IMG/VR virus record: IMGVR_UViG_2687453341_000008
DNA length: 64,000 nt
Strand: one strand, 5' to 3'
Origin: a virus
Taxonomy: Duplodnaviria; Caudoviricetes
Shown here one piece after another: positions 52,158 through 60,215 of the stretch. The notes beneath the pieces were generated by a model. The model was not told the DNA's origin and searched no databases. It saw only the letters and a program-made list of their open reading frames with translations. Position 1 is the first letter of the stretch. Each line of letters begins with the position of its first letter. The position numbers were made by a program, and so were the translations under genes.

Positions 52158-52217
52158 ATTACAAACTCCAGAGTGGGTTAATTAAGAGTCGCGAATCAAC
52201 GTTCGCGTGTATATATT

Positions 52218-52247
52218 ATTATACGCAAATAGACGTCTAATTGTCTA
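52218..52247 (-). promoter_or_regulatory. sigma70-type promoter with a palindrome in the spacer
   Basis: Minus strand TAGACA-18 nt-TATAAT; perfect palindrome TAGACGTCTA at 52230-52239. Confidence 0.65.
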
Positions 52248-52347
52248 GTTAAATAGGCGTGTTTTTGTGCTTTTGTTTGAGCTTTCTTTGATGTTGTTTC
52301 GTGTATATCGCTCATGGCTGAGTTTTATATACAGCTCTTGAAGGCAC

Positions 52348-52381
52348 AAAAGAAAAAAGGCTTCATGCAATATGAAGCCTT
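52348..52381 (-). terminator. intrinsic terminator
   Basis: AAGGCTTCAT-ATTGC-ATGAAGCCTT followed by a T tract on the minus strand. Confidence 0.8.
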
Positions 52382-52414
52382 CTTGGCAAGAGATTTATAC
52401 AAACTGTTGTTAGA

Positions 52415-52630
52415 CTACGGCGTGTCTTCGCCGCTGTCATTCACTCGTCGACCTCTACCTGCTCGGATCGTCAATCGATCGCGAGATTTCTTCGGCAGCG
52501 TAGCGTTGCAACAATCGCCGATCCACTCGGAAAGCAACTTCCCCTGTTTGAACGCCTCCACTTCCCAAGCCTGCCACCAGTCCTCTGGCTGCGTGATGGT
52601 TTTCTTCGTCACTCGTCCCACCGACGACAT
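52415..52630 (-). CDS. small ribbon-helix-helix-like DNA-binding protein
   Basis: KTITQP..WW.AW...A..QG..LSEWI. Confidence 0.55.
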   Translation of the reverse strand: MSSVGRVTKKTITQPEDWWQAWEVEAFKQGKLLSEWIGDCCNATLPKKSRDRLTIRAGRGRRVNDSGEDTP

Positions 52631-52638
52631 AGTCACCT

Positions 52639-53250
52639 CTACTTGATCACTCGGAATGTTAGATTGATTCGTTCCCCGCGCACTGTCTCTTTGGGCACCT
52701 GGTGCTTCCAAAATCGTTGCATGGGAGCGCCCATCTTGAGCAAGTCTCCGTGCCCAAGACGAATGTTATACAGCGAATGCTCCGGTAATGTGACGTGCTT
52801 TATTTGGAAAGTCCGAGGCACGCCGAGGCTCAGAGAAAAGATAGTGGGTTCTTGCCCATCGTTTCCGCCCAGATCGCTATGCCACCCCAAGGAGTCCTGC
52901 CCACTCCGATAGTAATTGCACAGCACCGAGTTCGGACGGAATCCCGTCATAGAGCCAATACCGTCGGCCAGCTCACGTAGCGCGACGTGCCATTCATGCG
53001 TTTCCCAGTTCGAACCGGAGTAACTGTACTCTTTCCCTACGTCGCCATAGAGACACGTCAGACGGGGCTGCTTGACCCACCGGCCGAACATGAACAAGTT
53101 CCGACACTCCCATCGCAGCTCGCTTTTGAGGACGTCGAAGATCGACCGCCCGACGGACGGCTCCACCCAATTCCGCCAAAGAGCGATCTCACAATCAGGC
53201 AGGAAACCGAGGTCACCTGCCTCCAGAAAACGCACAGCCGTTTTAGGCAC
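52639..53250 (-). CDS. alkB: AlkB-family 2OG-Fe(II) dioxygenase (ALKBH2/3-like)
   Basis: QPRL, NYYR.G.DSLGWHSD, SLSLG..R.F, WKHQVPK, RINLTFR. Confidence 0.92.
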   Translation of the reverse strand: MPKTAVRFLEAGDLGFLPDCEIALWRNWVEPSVGRSIFDVLKSELRWECRNLFMFGRWVKQPRLTCLYGDVGKEYSYSGSNWETHEWHVALRELADGIGSMTGFRPNSVLCNYYRSGQDSLGWHSDLGGNDGQEPTIFSLSLGVPRTFQIKHVTLPEHSLYNIRLGHGDLLKMGAPMQRFWKHQVPKETVRGERINLTFRVIK

Positions 53251-53596
53251 AATCTAACCCTTCAGTAAGAAACTTTTCGACACCGTACTCATTGAGATCG
53301 ATCATCCCAAACGGAGCTGCGTCGACGTGGAATTTCGTCGCGAGCTTTAAGGGAACAATCAGTTGGATCTCTTCGCTCATTCCCCCAGGCGACGAGGATC
53401 CGTCGCAAATGATCTTGCCGTCTTGGATTTCAACGACAGCATCCCAGCACAAGTATTCGCCGTCGTCACCGTTCGGACCGCAAATCAGAAGCCTTTCGTC
53501 AGCGTTCGAAGGATCAATTCGAGCCAGCGTTAATCCGCCATAGCAATGATCGAGTTCGATCGCGACTTCATGCTGAAGGGTATAGGTCTTTGTCAT
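53243..53596 (-). CDS. hypothetical phage protein
   Basis: ORF track; AGGA RBS. Confidence 0.55.
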   Translation of the reverse strand: MTKTYTLQHEVAIELDHCYGGLTLARIDPSNADERLLICGPNGDDGEYLCWDAVVEIQDGKIICDGSSSPGGMSEEIQLIVPLKLATKFHVDAAPFGMIDLNEYGVEKFLTEGLDCA

Positions 53597-53617
53597 CGGT
53601 ATTATCCTGGTTTTCGA

Positions 53618-53902
53618 TCAGCTAACATGTAAACAAACCTGTTCAGGCCGTTTCTTGGCGACGATCGAGTGATGGCAACTCCGGTGCATAATGTCGATGT
53701 TCTCAGGAGAGTTGTTTCCCGCGTCATCATCATGATGCCGGATCAAAACAGAATCTCTCCATTGGTAGAACTCTTTGGGATCGATCGCCTCACCGCAATG
53801 TGAACATCGAACGCAGAACTTGCGAATGAAGAACTCCAAGAACTCGTTTCGCCTTCTCAACCTCACCGACATCGCGGTACTTCTGTTCAAAGCCTTCGCC
53901 AT
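53618..53902 (-). CDS. HNH endonuclease (terminase-associated type)
   Basis: CSHCG...HH....NN..EN...MHRSCH. Confidence 0.8.
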   Translation of the reverse strand: MAKALNRSTAMSVRLRRRNEFLEFFIRKFCVRCSHCGEAIDPKEFYQWRDSVLIRHHDDDAGNNSPENIDIMHRSCHHSIVAKKRPEQVCLHVS

Positions 53903-53953
53903 TGCGACACCTTTCGCGGAGTGAACACATCCTATCCACAGGAACAGGCCGCG

Positions 53954-55630
53954 TTAGCGACTGTTTTTGACGTACCAATCGTTGTACTTGGTCGAACACT
54001 CGGCCGTATGCGAATGACAAACCTCACCCTCTGGCGCGAGCCGTTCGCATTCATGGCAGCAAAACCCAGCTTCGGTGAACGCCGGCCGATCGCAGGCCGG
54101 GTTCTGGCATTTGCCCTCCTTGAACCGAGGCTTGCCAGCCGCCTTGCTAGAAACGACCACCGACTGCGACTTGGCCGAAGGATTCACCAACTCCAGGTAG
54201 GCCCCAGCGAACGCATCCGACTGATCCTTGAACGGACCACTCGGGAACACTTCCATCTCGTCGAACACTTCGGTAAGCCAAGGCCCTTCGATTGCGTAAA
54301 CGTCCCCGTTCTCGATGGCGATCGAAAGGGGCTCGGCATGCACCTCCTTCGAGTCCTTCGCTCGTACTCCATAGACACGATGCCCACGAAGCCGATTGAT
54401 CGTGATCTCGGCAACACGCTTCCCTGAGGAGGCCCCTTCAATTTCAAAACACGTCCACAGCTTCGAGAATCCAAACTCGATCTCGTCGAGCTTGACGTTC
54501 ATCTCGATGGCAGCTTCGACATCACCGGCCGTCATCCGCTTGCGAATCATGTGCAGCAGGTAGAACTTGCTTCCTTTCCGGCCGACCAAGGCCCCAGCCG
54601 TGTAAGCTCCATCCTCGACGCTGGCAGCCCGATCCCAGAACCGACAAACCGCGTCAAACTCAAACGGCGCTTCATCCCGTCGAATGATCTTGATGTTGGA
54701 GCACTTGAAGAACTCCCCGTCCTTTCTGATCGGACGCTGCCCCAACTGGGCCGAACTGTTGGAAGCCCCGAGCGACCGTTCCAACTTCGTCACCTTCTTC
54801 TCATCGAGCAGTTGCGGGTAGAGCAGCTCCCCCTTCTCCGTCCGCCAGTCCCCTCCGAAGCCTCGGTCCTCCATCTTGTATTCGGGATCGTATCGCATCG
54901 GAAGCATGACCTGATGCCAAGGCTTTTCTTCGCCGGCTCTTTCCGCGAACTCATTCTCCCGCTCAAACATGCCGCACGGATCGTCCACGTGCACTCGCTG
55001 CATTCCAACGACATGCCGCACCCCTTTGGCCACGCCCCGGGTGGAAAGCGTGTCGCGGTACCAATCGTTGAACGCCTTCCGCTCGTTCGCGTTCTTCGAC
55101 TTCTCTACCGACAACGGGTCGTCGATGATGACATACTTCGGGTGATCCCCCGTCGCTCGCCCCGATCGCGTCGTGCTCAATCGCCAACCTCCAGCCGTGA
55201 GCCGGTAGAACGTCTTGGCATCGTGACCAAAGGCAACCTGAACCTTGTCACCCCACCGGTCGATATACCAAGGGTCCGCAATAAGCTCTCGGCATGCGAC
55301 CGCATCCCGAACGGTCAAGTCTTGGTTGTACGTCACGCAGAGGAACGTCGCATCCGGCTCAACCGTCCAAACCCAAGCCGGCCAAAGGACCGAGAGTAGC
55401 GTCGACTTGGTGCACCCAGGAGGCAGATTGACCATGAGTCGATCGACCTTTCCGGCTTGAACAGCCTGGAGATGGTCACAAACAACCTGAATGTGATTAC
55501 CCCAAACGAAGCCGGGGATAAGGATCTTCGCAGCATGTCGCACGAACTCAGCAAACTCGAGCTCGCAATGACGGCGAATGATCTTATCCAGATTACTGAG
55601 CGAGCGACGAACGGTCACTTCGCCGCTCAT
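53954..55630 (-). CDS. terL: terminase large subunit with C-terminal Cys-rich extension
   Basis: VNLPPGCTKS, IIDDP, MQRVH.DD, FWDRA, FP.G..KDQSDA. Confidence 0.92.
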   Translation of the reverse strand: MSGEVTVRRSLSNLDKIIRRHCELEFAEFVRHAAKILIPGFVWGNHIQVVCDHLQAVQAGKVDRLMVNLPPGCTKSTLLSVLWPAWVWTVEPDATFLCVTYNQDLTVRDAVACRELIADPWYIDRWGDKVQVAFGHDAKTFYRLTAGGWRLSTTRSGRATGDHPKYVIIDDPLSVEKSKNANERKAFNDWYRDTLSTRGVAKGVRHVVGMQRVHVDDPCGMFERENEFAERAGEEKPWHQVMLPMRYDPEYKMEDRGFGGDWRTEKGELLYPQLLDEKKVTKLERSLGASNSSAQLGQRPIRKDGEFFKCSNIKIIRRDEAPFEFDAVCRFWDRAASVEDGAYTAGALVGRKGSKFYLLHMIRKRMTAGDVEAAIEMNVKLDEIEFGFSKLWTCFEIEGASSGKRVAEITINRLRGHRVYGVRAKDSKEVHAEPLSIAIENGDVYAIEGPWLTEVFDEMEVFPSGPFKDQSDAFAGAYLELVNPSAKSQSVVVSSKAAGKPRFKEGKCQNPACDRPAFTEAGFCCHECERLAPEGEVCHSHTAECSTKYNDWYVKNSR

Positions 55631-56123
55631 ACAATCCCCTCATGACTTTCAGCTCATCGACCGTCGCCACCGAAAGCATCGAGTCGATATCGTCCACGCC
55701 TTGGTCCCTACCGACGTTGGCACTCGCGATCGCAACTCGGAACGGAACGTCGAGCCCGAGCAACTGATCGATCCGCTTCTGCGCGTTGATCTTCGCACCG
55801 ACCCCAACCTGAGGATCGGACAGCACACTCTTGTAGAAAGCCAACGACGATGCCCGGTGTACGTCTCGCTCTTCACGAAGATCCTCAAGCTGGAGCAACC
55901 TCGCGCGAGCAAGATAGTTCTCGGCAGTCCGTGCACTGATCTGATACTGAGCCTTGAGGGCGGCTTTGATCTCGGACTTCCTCATCCCCTCGACGAGCAT
56001 CCGGTAGGTGAGCTCTACACGGTCCTCGTACTCATCGTCTGGAGTTCTTCCTGGGTTCTGGGGTGTCTCCGTACTTGTGGACAGTTCCCCGATAGCGATT
56101 AGATTCTCATCCTGGCTAACCAC
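55593..56123 (-). CDS. terS: terminase small subunit
   Basis: HTH-like ISARTAENYL, RIDQLLGLD; overlaps the terL start. Confidence 0.75.
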   Translation of the reverse strand: MVSQDENLIAIGELSTSTETPQNPGRTPDDEYEDRVELTYRMLVEGMRKSEIKAALKAQYQISARTAENYLARARLLQLEDLREERDVHRASSLAFYKSVLSDPQVGVGAKINAQKRIDQLLGLDVPFRVAIASANVGRDQGVDDIDSMLSVATVDELKVMRGLYERRSDRSSLAQ

Positions 56124-56155
56124 CCTTTACCGCCTCCTCCTACGTCTACCCCCGG

Positions 56156-56653
56156 CTATCGGTCAAACAGCAACAGTTGCTCGCTTTGTGGCCCCTCATC
56201 GGCCTTTCCGAAGTGCTGGACCGCGAATTGGAAGTTGCGGCATGTTAGGAACGATTTGCCCTTTGCGGGGAAAAGTCGTTTAGCCGCAGCACCGTCAAAA
56301 CTTAACGCCTTCGCTCCCAGTATTTCAAACTCCATGCCGTTGTAGAGACGCTTCCGCACGGACTCCCCCTCGCAAGCCTCGAGCACCAAGTGGAAGTTGT
56401 TCTGGTACCGGTAGGGACGCGATACGCCGCATAGGTACAAGATCGCTCCTTGCAAGCAGGGAAGGTCTAGTTGGTCCCCGCCCTCGAGCTCCTTGTTGAT
56501 CATCTTCTCGTAGGAGCCGACCAGGCACTTCGCGCAGTGCTGGGAATCGTCGAAGCCGACCACCCACTTCCCCCAAAAGTAGGAGAACTGGCCCGACAAA
56601 GGTCGCCCACGCCCATCGTTTTCCAAAAGTCTGATTTGCATGTATTGCTTCAT
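56156..56653 (-). CDS. hypothetical protein, paralog of 59652-60215
   Basis: FSYFW...HCAKCL.G...YLCGV...NFHL...TCRN.QFA. Confidence 0.75.
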   Translation of the reverse strand: MKQYMQIRLLENDGRGRPLSGQFSYFWGKWVVGFDDSQHCAKCLVGSYEKMINKELEGGDQLDLPCLQGAILYLCGVSRPYRYQNNFHLVLEACEGESVRKRLYNGMEFEILGAKALSFDGAAAKRLFPAKGKSFLTCRNFQFAVQHFGKADEGPQSEQLLLFDR

Positions 56654-56660
56654 GTTGCTA

Positions 56661-57077
56661 CTAGGCCGATCGAATCTCGCGCTCTCGCTCTCGTTGCATC
56701 ATTTCCCACGCTCGCAGCTTCTTGATCGCTGCCGACACAGTAGGAATCCGCTTTAGGAGAACGTTTTGAAAATCCTTATCAATTTTGGTGCAAGCCGCCT
56801 CGAGAACGTGATCGTCCTCCAGAACGTTCGTAACCCAACTTTGAGGGTCGCCCGTCACCGCATCCGCTCGAACCGCGTCGATGATCTGCTCCATGAGCAC
56901 CAGGTCGCGGCCCTGTGCGTTAAACGCTTCTACGAACTTCGCAATTTTCGCTTTGTTTGCCATCTGATAGCCCCTTGTCGTGAATGTGTCGTTTCTGCCA
57001 ACACAAAAACAAGCCGTTTCGCGCACCAATTTGGACATCATTGGTGCACTTTTTCTGTTGTTTTTTTGGGGACTCAA
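56661..57077 (-). CDS. hypothetical phage protein (probable start MANKAK at 56963)
   Basis: ORF track; AGGGG RBS. Confidence 0.55.
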   Translation of the reverse strand: MSPQKNNRKSAPMMSKLVRETACFCVGRNDTFTTRGYQMANKAKIAKFVEAFNAQGRDLVLMEQIIDAVRADAVTGDPQSWVTNVLEDDHVLEAACTKIDKDFQNVLLKRIPTVSAAIKKLRAWEMMQREREREIRSA

Positions 57078-57103
57078 AAGCAGGCTACCGCAGAGCCGGC
57101 TCG

Positions 57104-58513
57104 CTAAGTACCAGCCGCTGCTTCCGCAAAGAAAGGACGAAACGCTGCTAGCACGTCCTCGGATCGATTGATCTTCTTGCCCTCAGGCCAATCGAGCTCG
57201 AACTCATAACGAATCGCCCGCTCAATATCCTCAAACGGGACATCGTGTGTCTTGATCCCGGTGCATCGCCAGGTTCCGGATCCCATCTTCGCTTCTGGCG
57301 CCTCAATCCCCATGTAGGTGCCGAGGTGCTCGCACTGCTCTTGCGTGTGAAACTTCTGATAGAACCACTCACCATTGCGGAAGATGCCCGAGTATCCCTC
57401 TTCGTCGAGGAAGTACAGTTGCTGCGCTGAGCCGTTCTTCGTCTTGTAGTTGCCCGACTTGAGAGCGGCATGAACGCTCTTGAGAGTTCGACCGCTATAG
57501 AAGATCCGCCCTCCGACCTTGCAAAGAGCCCCCAGCATGGTCGCCACCGCGAACTCCGCTTCGGGGCAATCCACCGAGTTGAACACGGAGTCGCATACCA
57601 CGAAGTCGAATCGACCCATTTTCTTGAGCGCCATGCAGAGCTGATTGATGGCACGGTTCACCCAAACCGTATCGATCGCGTTCTGACCCTGAACACGACG
57701 GAACAGCTCGAGGTCCATCATGTTGTAACCTTCTCGCCGCAGCTTGCCTGCGTAGTCACCCTTCCCGCTCCCAAAATCGAAACCACGGGCCTTGGGGTTC
57801 TCTTTGAGCCACGGTTCAACCGCATCCCGATAAAGTCCACTTTCTCTCGGCAACGTCCCTGGAACGTCGCGTATGCGGTTTAACTGAGCCAGCGTCTGGA
57901 TGTAAGTCTTGCGTTCGAGGTTGTCGTAGCTGAAGCGCCCGTACTGGTCGCCAAGGAACTCTTTGTACTCCGCCTTCCGCTCCGTCGGCACGCCGTACAC
58001 CAAAAGCGGCTGATTGAGCTGGATGCACGCCATCGCGTATTGAGTGCAATGGATCACCTCGCCGTCCAAAGTCGCTACACAAGCCCCCCAGGGGCCAAAT
58101 TTGAGGATCAGAGCGGCGATGTTGGTGCGAATCACCTGCATACCACAGGTCCAGTTCGCATCCATCTTCGTTACATGCTGCCACCCCAGCTTGAGCGGCT
58201 CTCGGATCCAAGCGTTGGCATCCGGGTGATCGACGTCGGTACCGTTGTGGAGTTGGTTGAACTTGATCTCGTCGGCCTGCGTGGTGTCACCAGGTAGAAC
58301 GTAGACCGGCGCCGTGTTCACGCCGTTCGCTCTTAACGCTTTGGTTCTCTGGTGACCCGCAACAATCAGCCCGTCCGTTTTGCAGATGATCGGTTTGACC
58401 ACCCCAAAGCGTCGGATCGACTCCCACAGCTTTTGAAGTTGCTCGTTGCTAATCTTGCGCGGGTTGTACTCCGCTCCCCTCAGACCCTCCAACGGGTAGT
58501 CCATGTGCAGCAC
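57104..58513 (-). CDS. ParB/Srx-domain protein fused to a SAM-dependent methyltransferase
   Basis: YNPR..SIRRFG...PI...IVAGHQR; second degenerate ParB-like segment; FDFGSGKG and CDSVFNSV. Confidence 0.85.
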   Translation of the reverse strand: MLHMDYPLEGLRGAEYNPRKISNEQLQKLWESIRRFGVVKPIICKTDGLIVAGHQRTKALRANGVNTAPVYVLPGDTTQADEIKFNQLHNGTDVDHPDANAWIREPLKLGWQHVTKMDANWTCGMQVIRTNIAALILKFGPWGACVATLDGEVIHCTQYAMACIQLNQPLLVYGVPTERKAEYKEFLGDQYGRFSYDNLERKTYIQTLAQLNRIRDVPGTLPRESGLYRDAVEPWLKENPKARGFDFGSGKGDYAGKLRREGYNMMDLELFRRVQGQNAIDTVWVNRAINQLCMALKKMGRFDFVVCDSVFNSVDCPEAEFAVATMLGALCKVGGRIFYSGRTLKSVHAALKSGNYKTKNGSAQQLYFLDEEGYSGIFRNGEWFYQKFHTQEQCEHLGTYMGIEAPEAKMGSGTWRCTGIKTHDVPFEDIERAIRYEFELDWPEGKKINRSEDVLAAFRPFFAEAAAGT

Positions 58514-59105
58514 GGTTTTCTTTCACTCTCTTTAGAATCCAACTAACGAAATCCAAATAGGATCCGGTGTTCTCGCAATAACGCCGCGCGATCAGCGTCA
58601 GCTTGGCGCTCTCAGCGTTTGTAAGCTGGACACGATACTTTCCTACCGATAGCGTCTCAACTCGCGCACGCGTCGAGTTGCCCCCCTTTGGCATCGGCGC
58701 GGCTTTCGTTTCCCCCTTCACCATGCCGTTAAGCATCTCACGAACCGCCCCCGTCTGAGCGAATGCTCTCTCCAGCAACGAGTCAACTCGCTCCTGGTTC
58801 TTATCCGCCAACGCCTTCACAGGGTCGAAGGTCAGCAAGAACGAAGCCGCTTCTTCGTCGTTCAAGTCGACAATCACCACGGGAACCTTCTCGTCACCGA
58901 GAAGGGACTTACGCATGTGGCCGTCGAGGATTTGATAGCCCTCTTCGATCTTTCGAACGACGATCGCGTCGGCGAAACCGATCTCCTCAAGAAGCCCTTT
59001 CATGGCTGTCTTTTGCTCATCGGGATGCAACCGGACGTTGTCCGCGTTATCAATCAACGAACTTGCCTCGACCCATTCGAATCCAACAATTCTGTCCTTG
59101 AACAC
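58449..59105 (-). CDS. ParB/Srx N-terminal domain protein
   Basis: NVRLH...EIGFADAI...ILDGHMR...VPV..VDL..EEA. Confidence 0.85.
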   Translation of the reverse strand: MFKDRIVGFEWVEASSLIDNADNVRLHPDEQKTAMKGLLEEIGFADAIVVRKIEEGYQILDGHMRKSLLGDEKVPVVIVDLNDEEAASFLLTFDPVKALADKNQERVDSLLERAFAQTGAVREMLNGMVKGETKAAPMPKGGNSTRARVETLSVGKYRVQLTNAESAKLTLIARRYCENTGSYLDFVSWILKRVKENRAAHGLPVGGSEGSGVQPAQD

Positions 59106-59107
59106 GC

Positions 59108-59716
59108 TTACGCCTCCCCGATCAGCTTCAACAAGTAAGTACCAAACCCAACGAACGACCCGTTTGCATCTCCGTACTCGGCGAGTATCAACGTCAACTC
59201 GGCGATTTCATCCGGAGTGCATGGAACTCGGATCGGCCCAATCGAAACCGAAGAGAGCGTGTTGCGAACCGTGCTTCGTCTTTTCTCGATCTCCTTCTTT
59301 GCGGTCTCCGTCCCTAACTGAGACCGCTCAATGATCTGGTTAAACACGGTGCTTTGCAGACCAAGAGCTTTCGTCCGCAAGGAGTTCATCTTCGACCTTT
59401 GCTGCTTTGCCATCGCAGCGATCGGATCGAACGTCAGCAGGAACAGGTCCGCCTCTTCGTCGTCCAAGTCAACGATCAACACCGGCACCTCTTGGTCGGC
59501 TGCGAGCTCGGCCCGGAGGTGACCATCGAGGATCTCGATTTTGTCGCCAACCCGCCTACCGATGATCGCATCAGCAAACCCAGTTGACTCGAGAATGGAG
59601 TCCATCACGATCTTTTGACGATCGGAATGGACGCTAGGGTTAAAGTCGTTTTTAAGAAGCTCGGATGATTTGACCCGAACCAACTCGACCACTCGGTTTT
59701 TGTATTTCGTTTCCAT
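59108..59716 (-). CDS. ParB/Srx N-terminal domain protein (paralog of the previous gene)
   Basis: NPSVH...GFADAI...ILDGHLR...VPV.IVDLDDEEA..FLLTFDP. Confidence 0.85.
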   Translation of the reverse strand: METKYKNRVVELVRVKSSELLKNDFNPSVHSDRQKIVMDSILESTGFADAIIGRRVGDKIEILDGHLRAELAADQEVPVLIVDLDDEEADLFLLTFDPIAAMAKQQRSKMNSLRTKALGLQSTVFNQIIERSQLGTETAKKEIEKRRSTVRNTLSSVSIGPIRVPCTPDEIAELTLILAEYGDANGSFVGFGTYLLKLIGEA

Positions 59717-60215
59717 GAAGTGACGCAGCTACGGCGATCTGTCCTTTGTTGGGAAGATACAACCCTTTCTTGAACGCCCACGCGAATTGCGCGTTTCGAC
59801 ACGTCATGTAAGACGGGTCGTCTTTGAAGCGACAATCTGGGTCAATAAAGCTAGACCGGATTTCTAGCCTCTCCGCGTTCTCAATTTCAAACGACACCCC
59901 AAACCACTTCGCCTTCACGACGCGGCCGGGACTTCGACGAAGCGCTAGGTGAAAGTTCCGAATCCAAACGTGCGGAAAAGTAACACCACAGATGTAAACG
60001 AACTCCGAGTTGCTCTCATCCAGCACGATATCGCGTAGAACGAATCTGTCGCGATTTCGATAGAACATGGGAGTGCAGATCTTCTTGCTGCGTCTCCCGA
60101 GGAGACAAGGCTGGCAATGCACCGAGAGATCAACGTCTCTCACGTACATTGCCCAGAAAAACCGGAACGCTTGTTCCGACGGGTTAAACACCAACCGCTT
60201 GACTACGATACTCAC
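59652..60215 (-). CDS. hypothetical protein, paralog of 56156-56653
   Basis: FRFFW...HCQPCLLG...YICGV...NFHL...TCRNAQFA. Confidence 0.75.
   Translation of the reverse strand: MSIVVKRLVFNPSEQAFRFFWAMYVRDVDLSVHCQPCLLGRRSKKICTPMFYRNRDRFVLRDIVLDESNSEFVYICGVTFPHVWIRNFHLALRRSPGRVVKAKWFGVSFEIENAERLEIRSSFIDPDCRFKDDPSYMTCRNAQFAWAFKKGLYLPNKGQIAVAASLHGNEIQKPSGRVGSGQIIRAS

Noticed and set aside
56658..56668. CTACTAGGCCG (and CTAGGCCG at 18069) as further promoter-motif copies
   Set aside because: The first is only about 5 nt from the next start codon. The second is an arm of a hairpin in the cargo operon.
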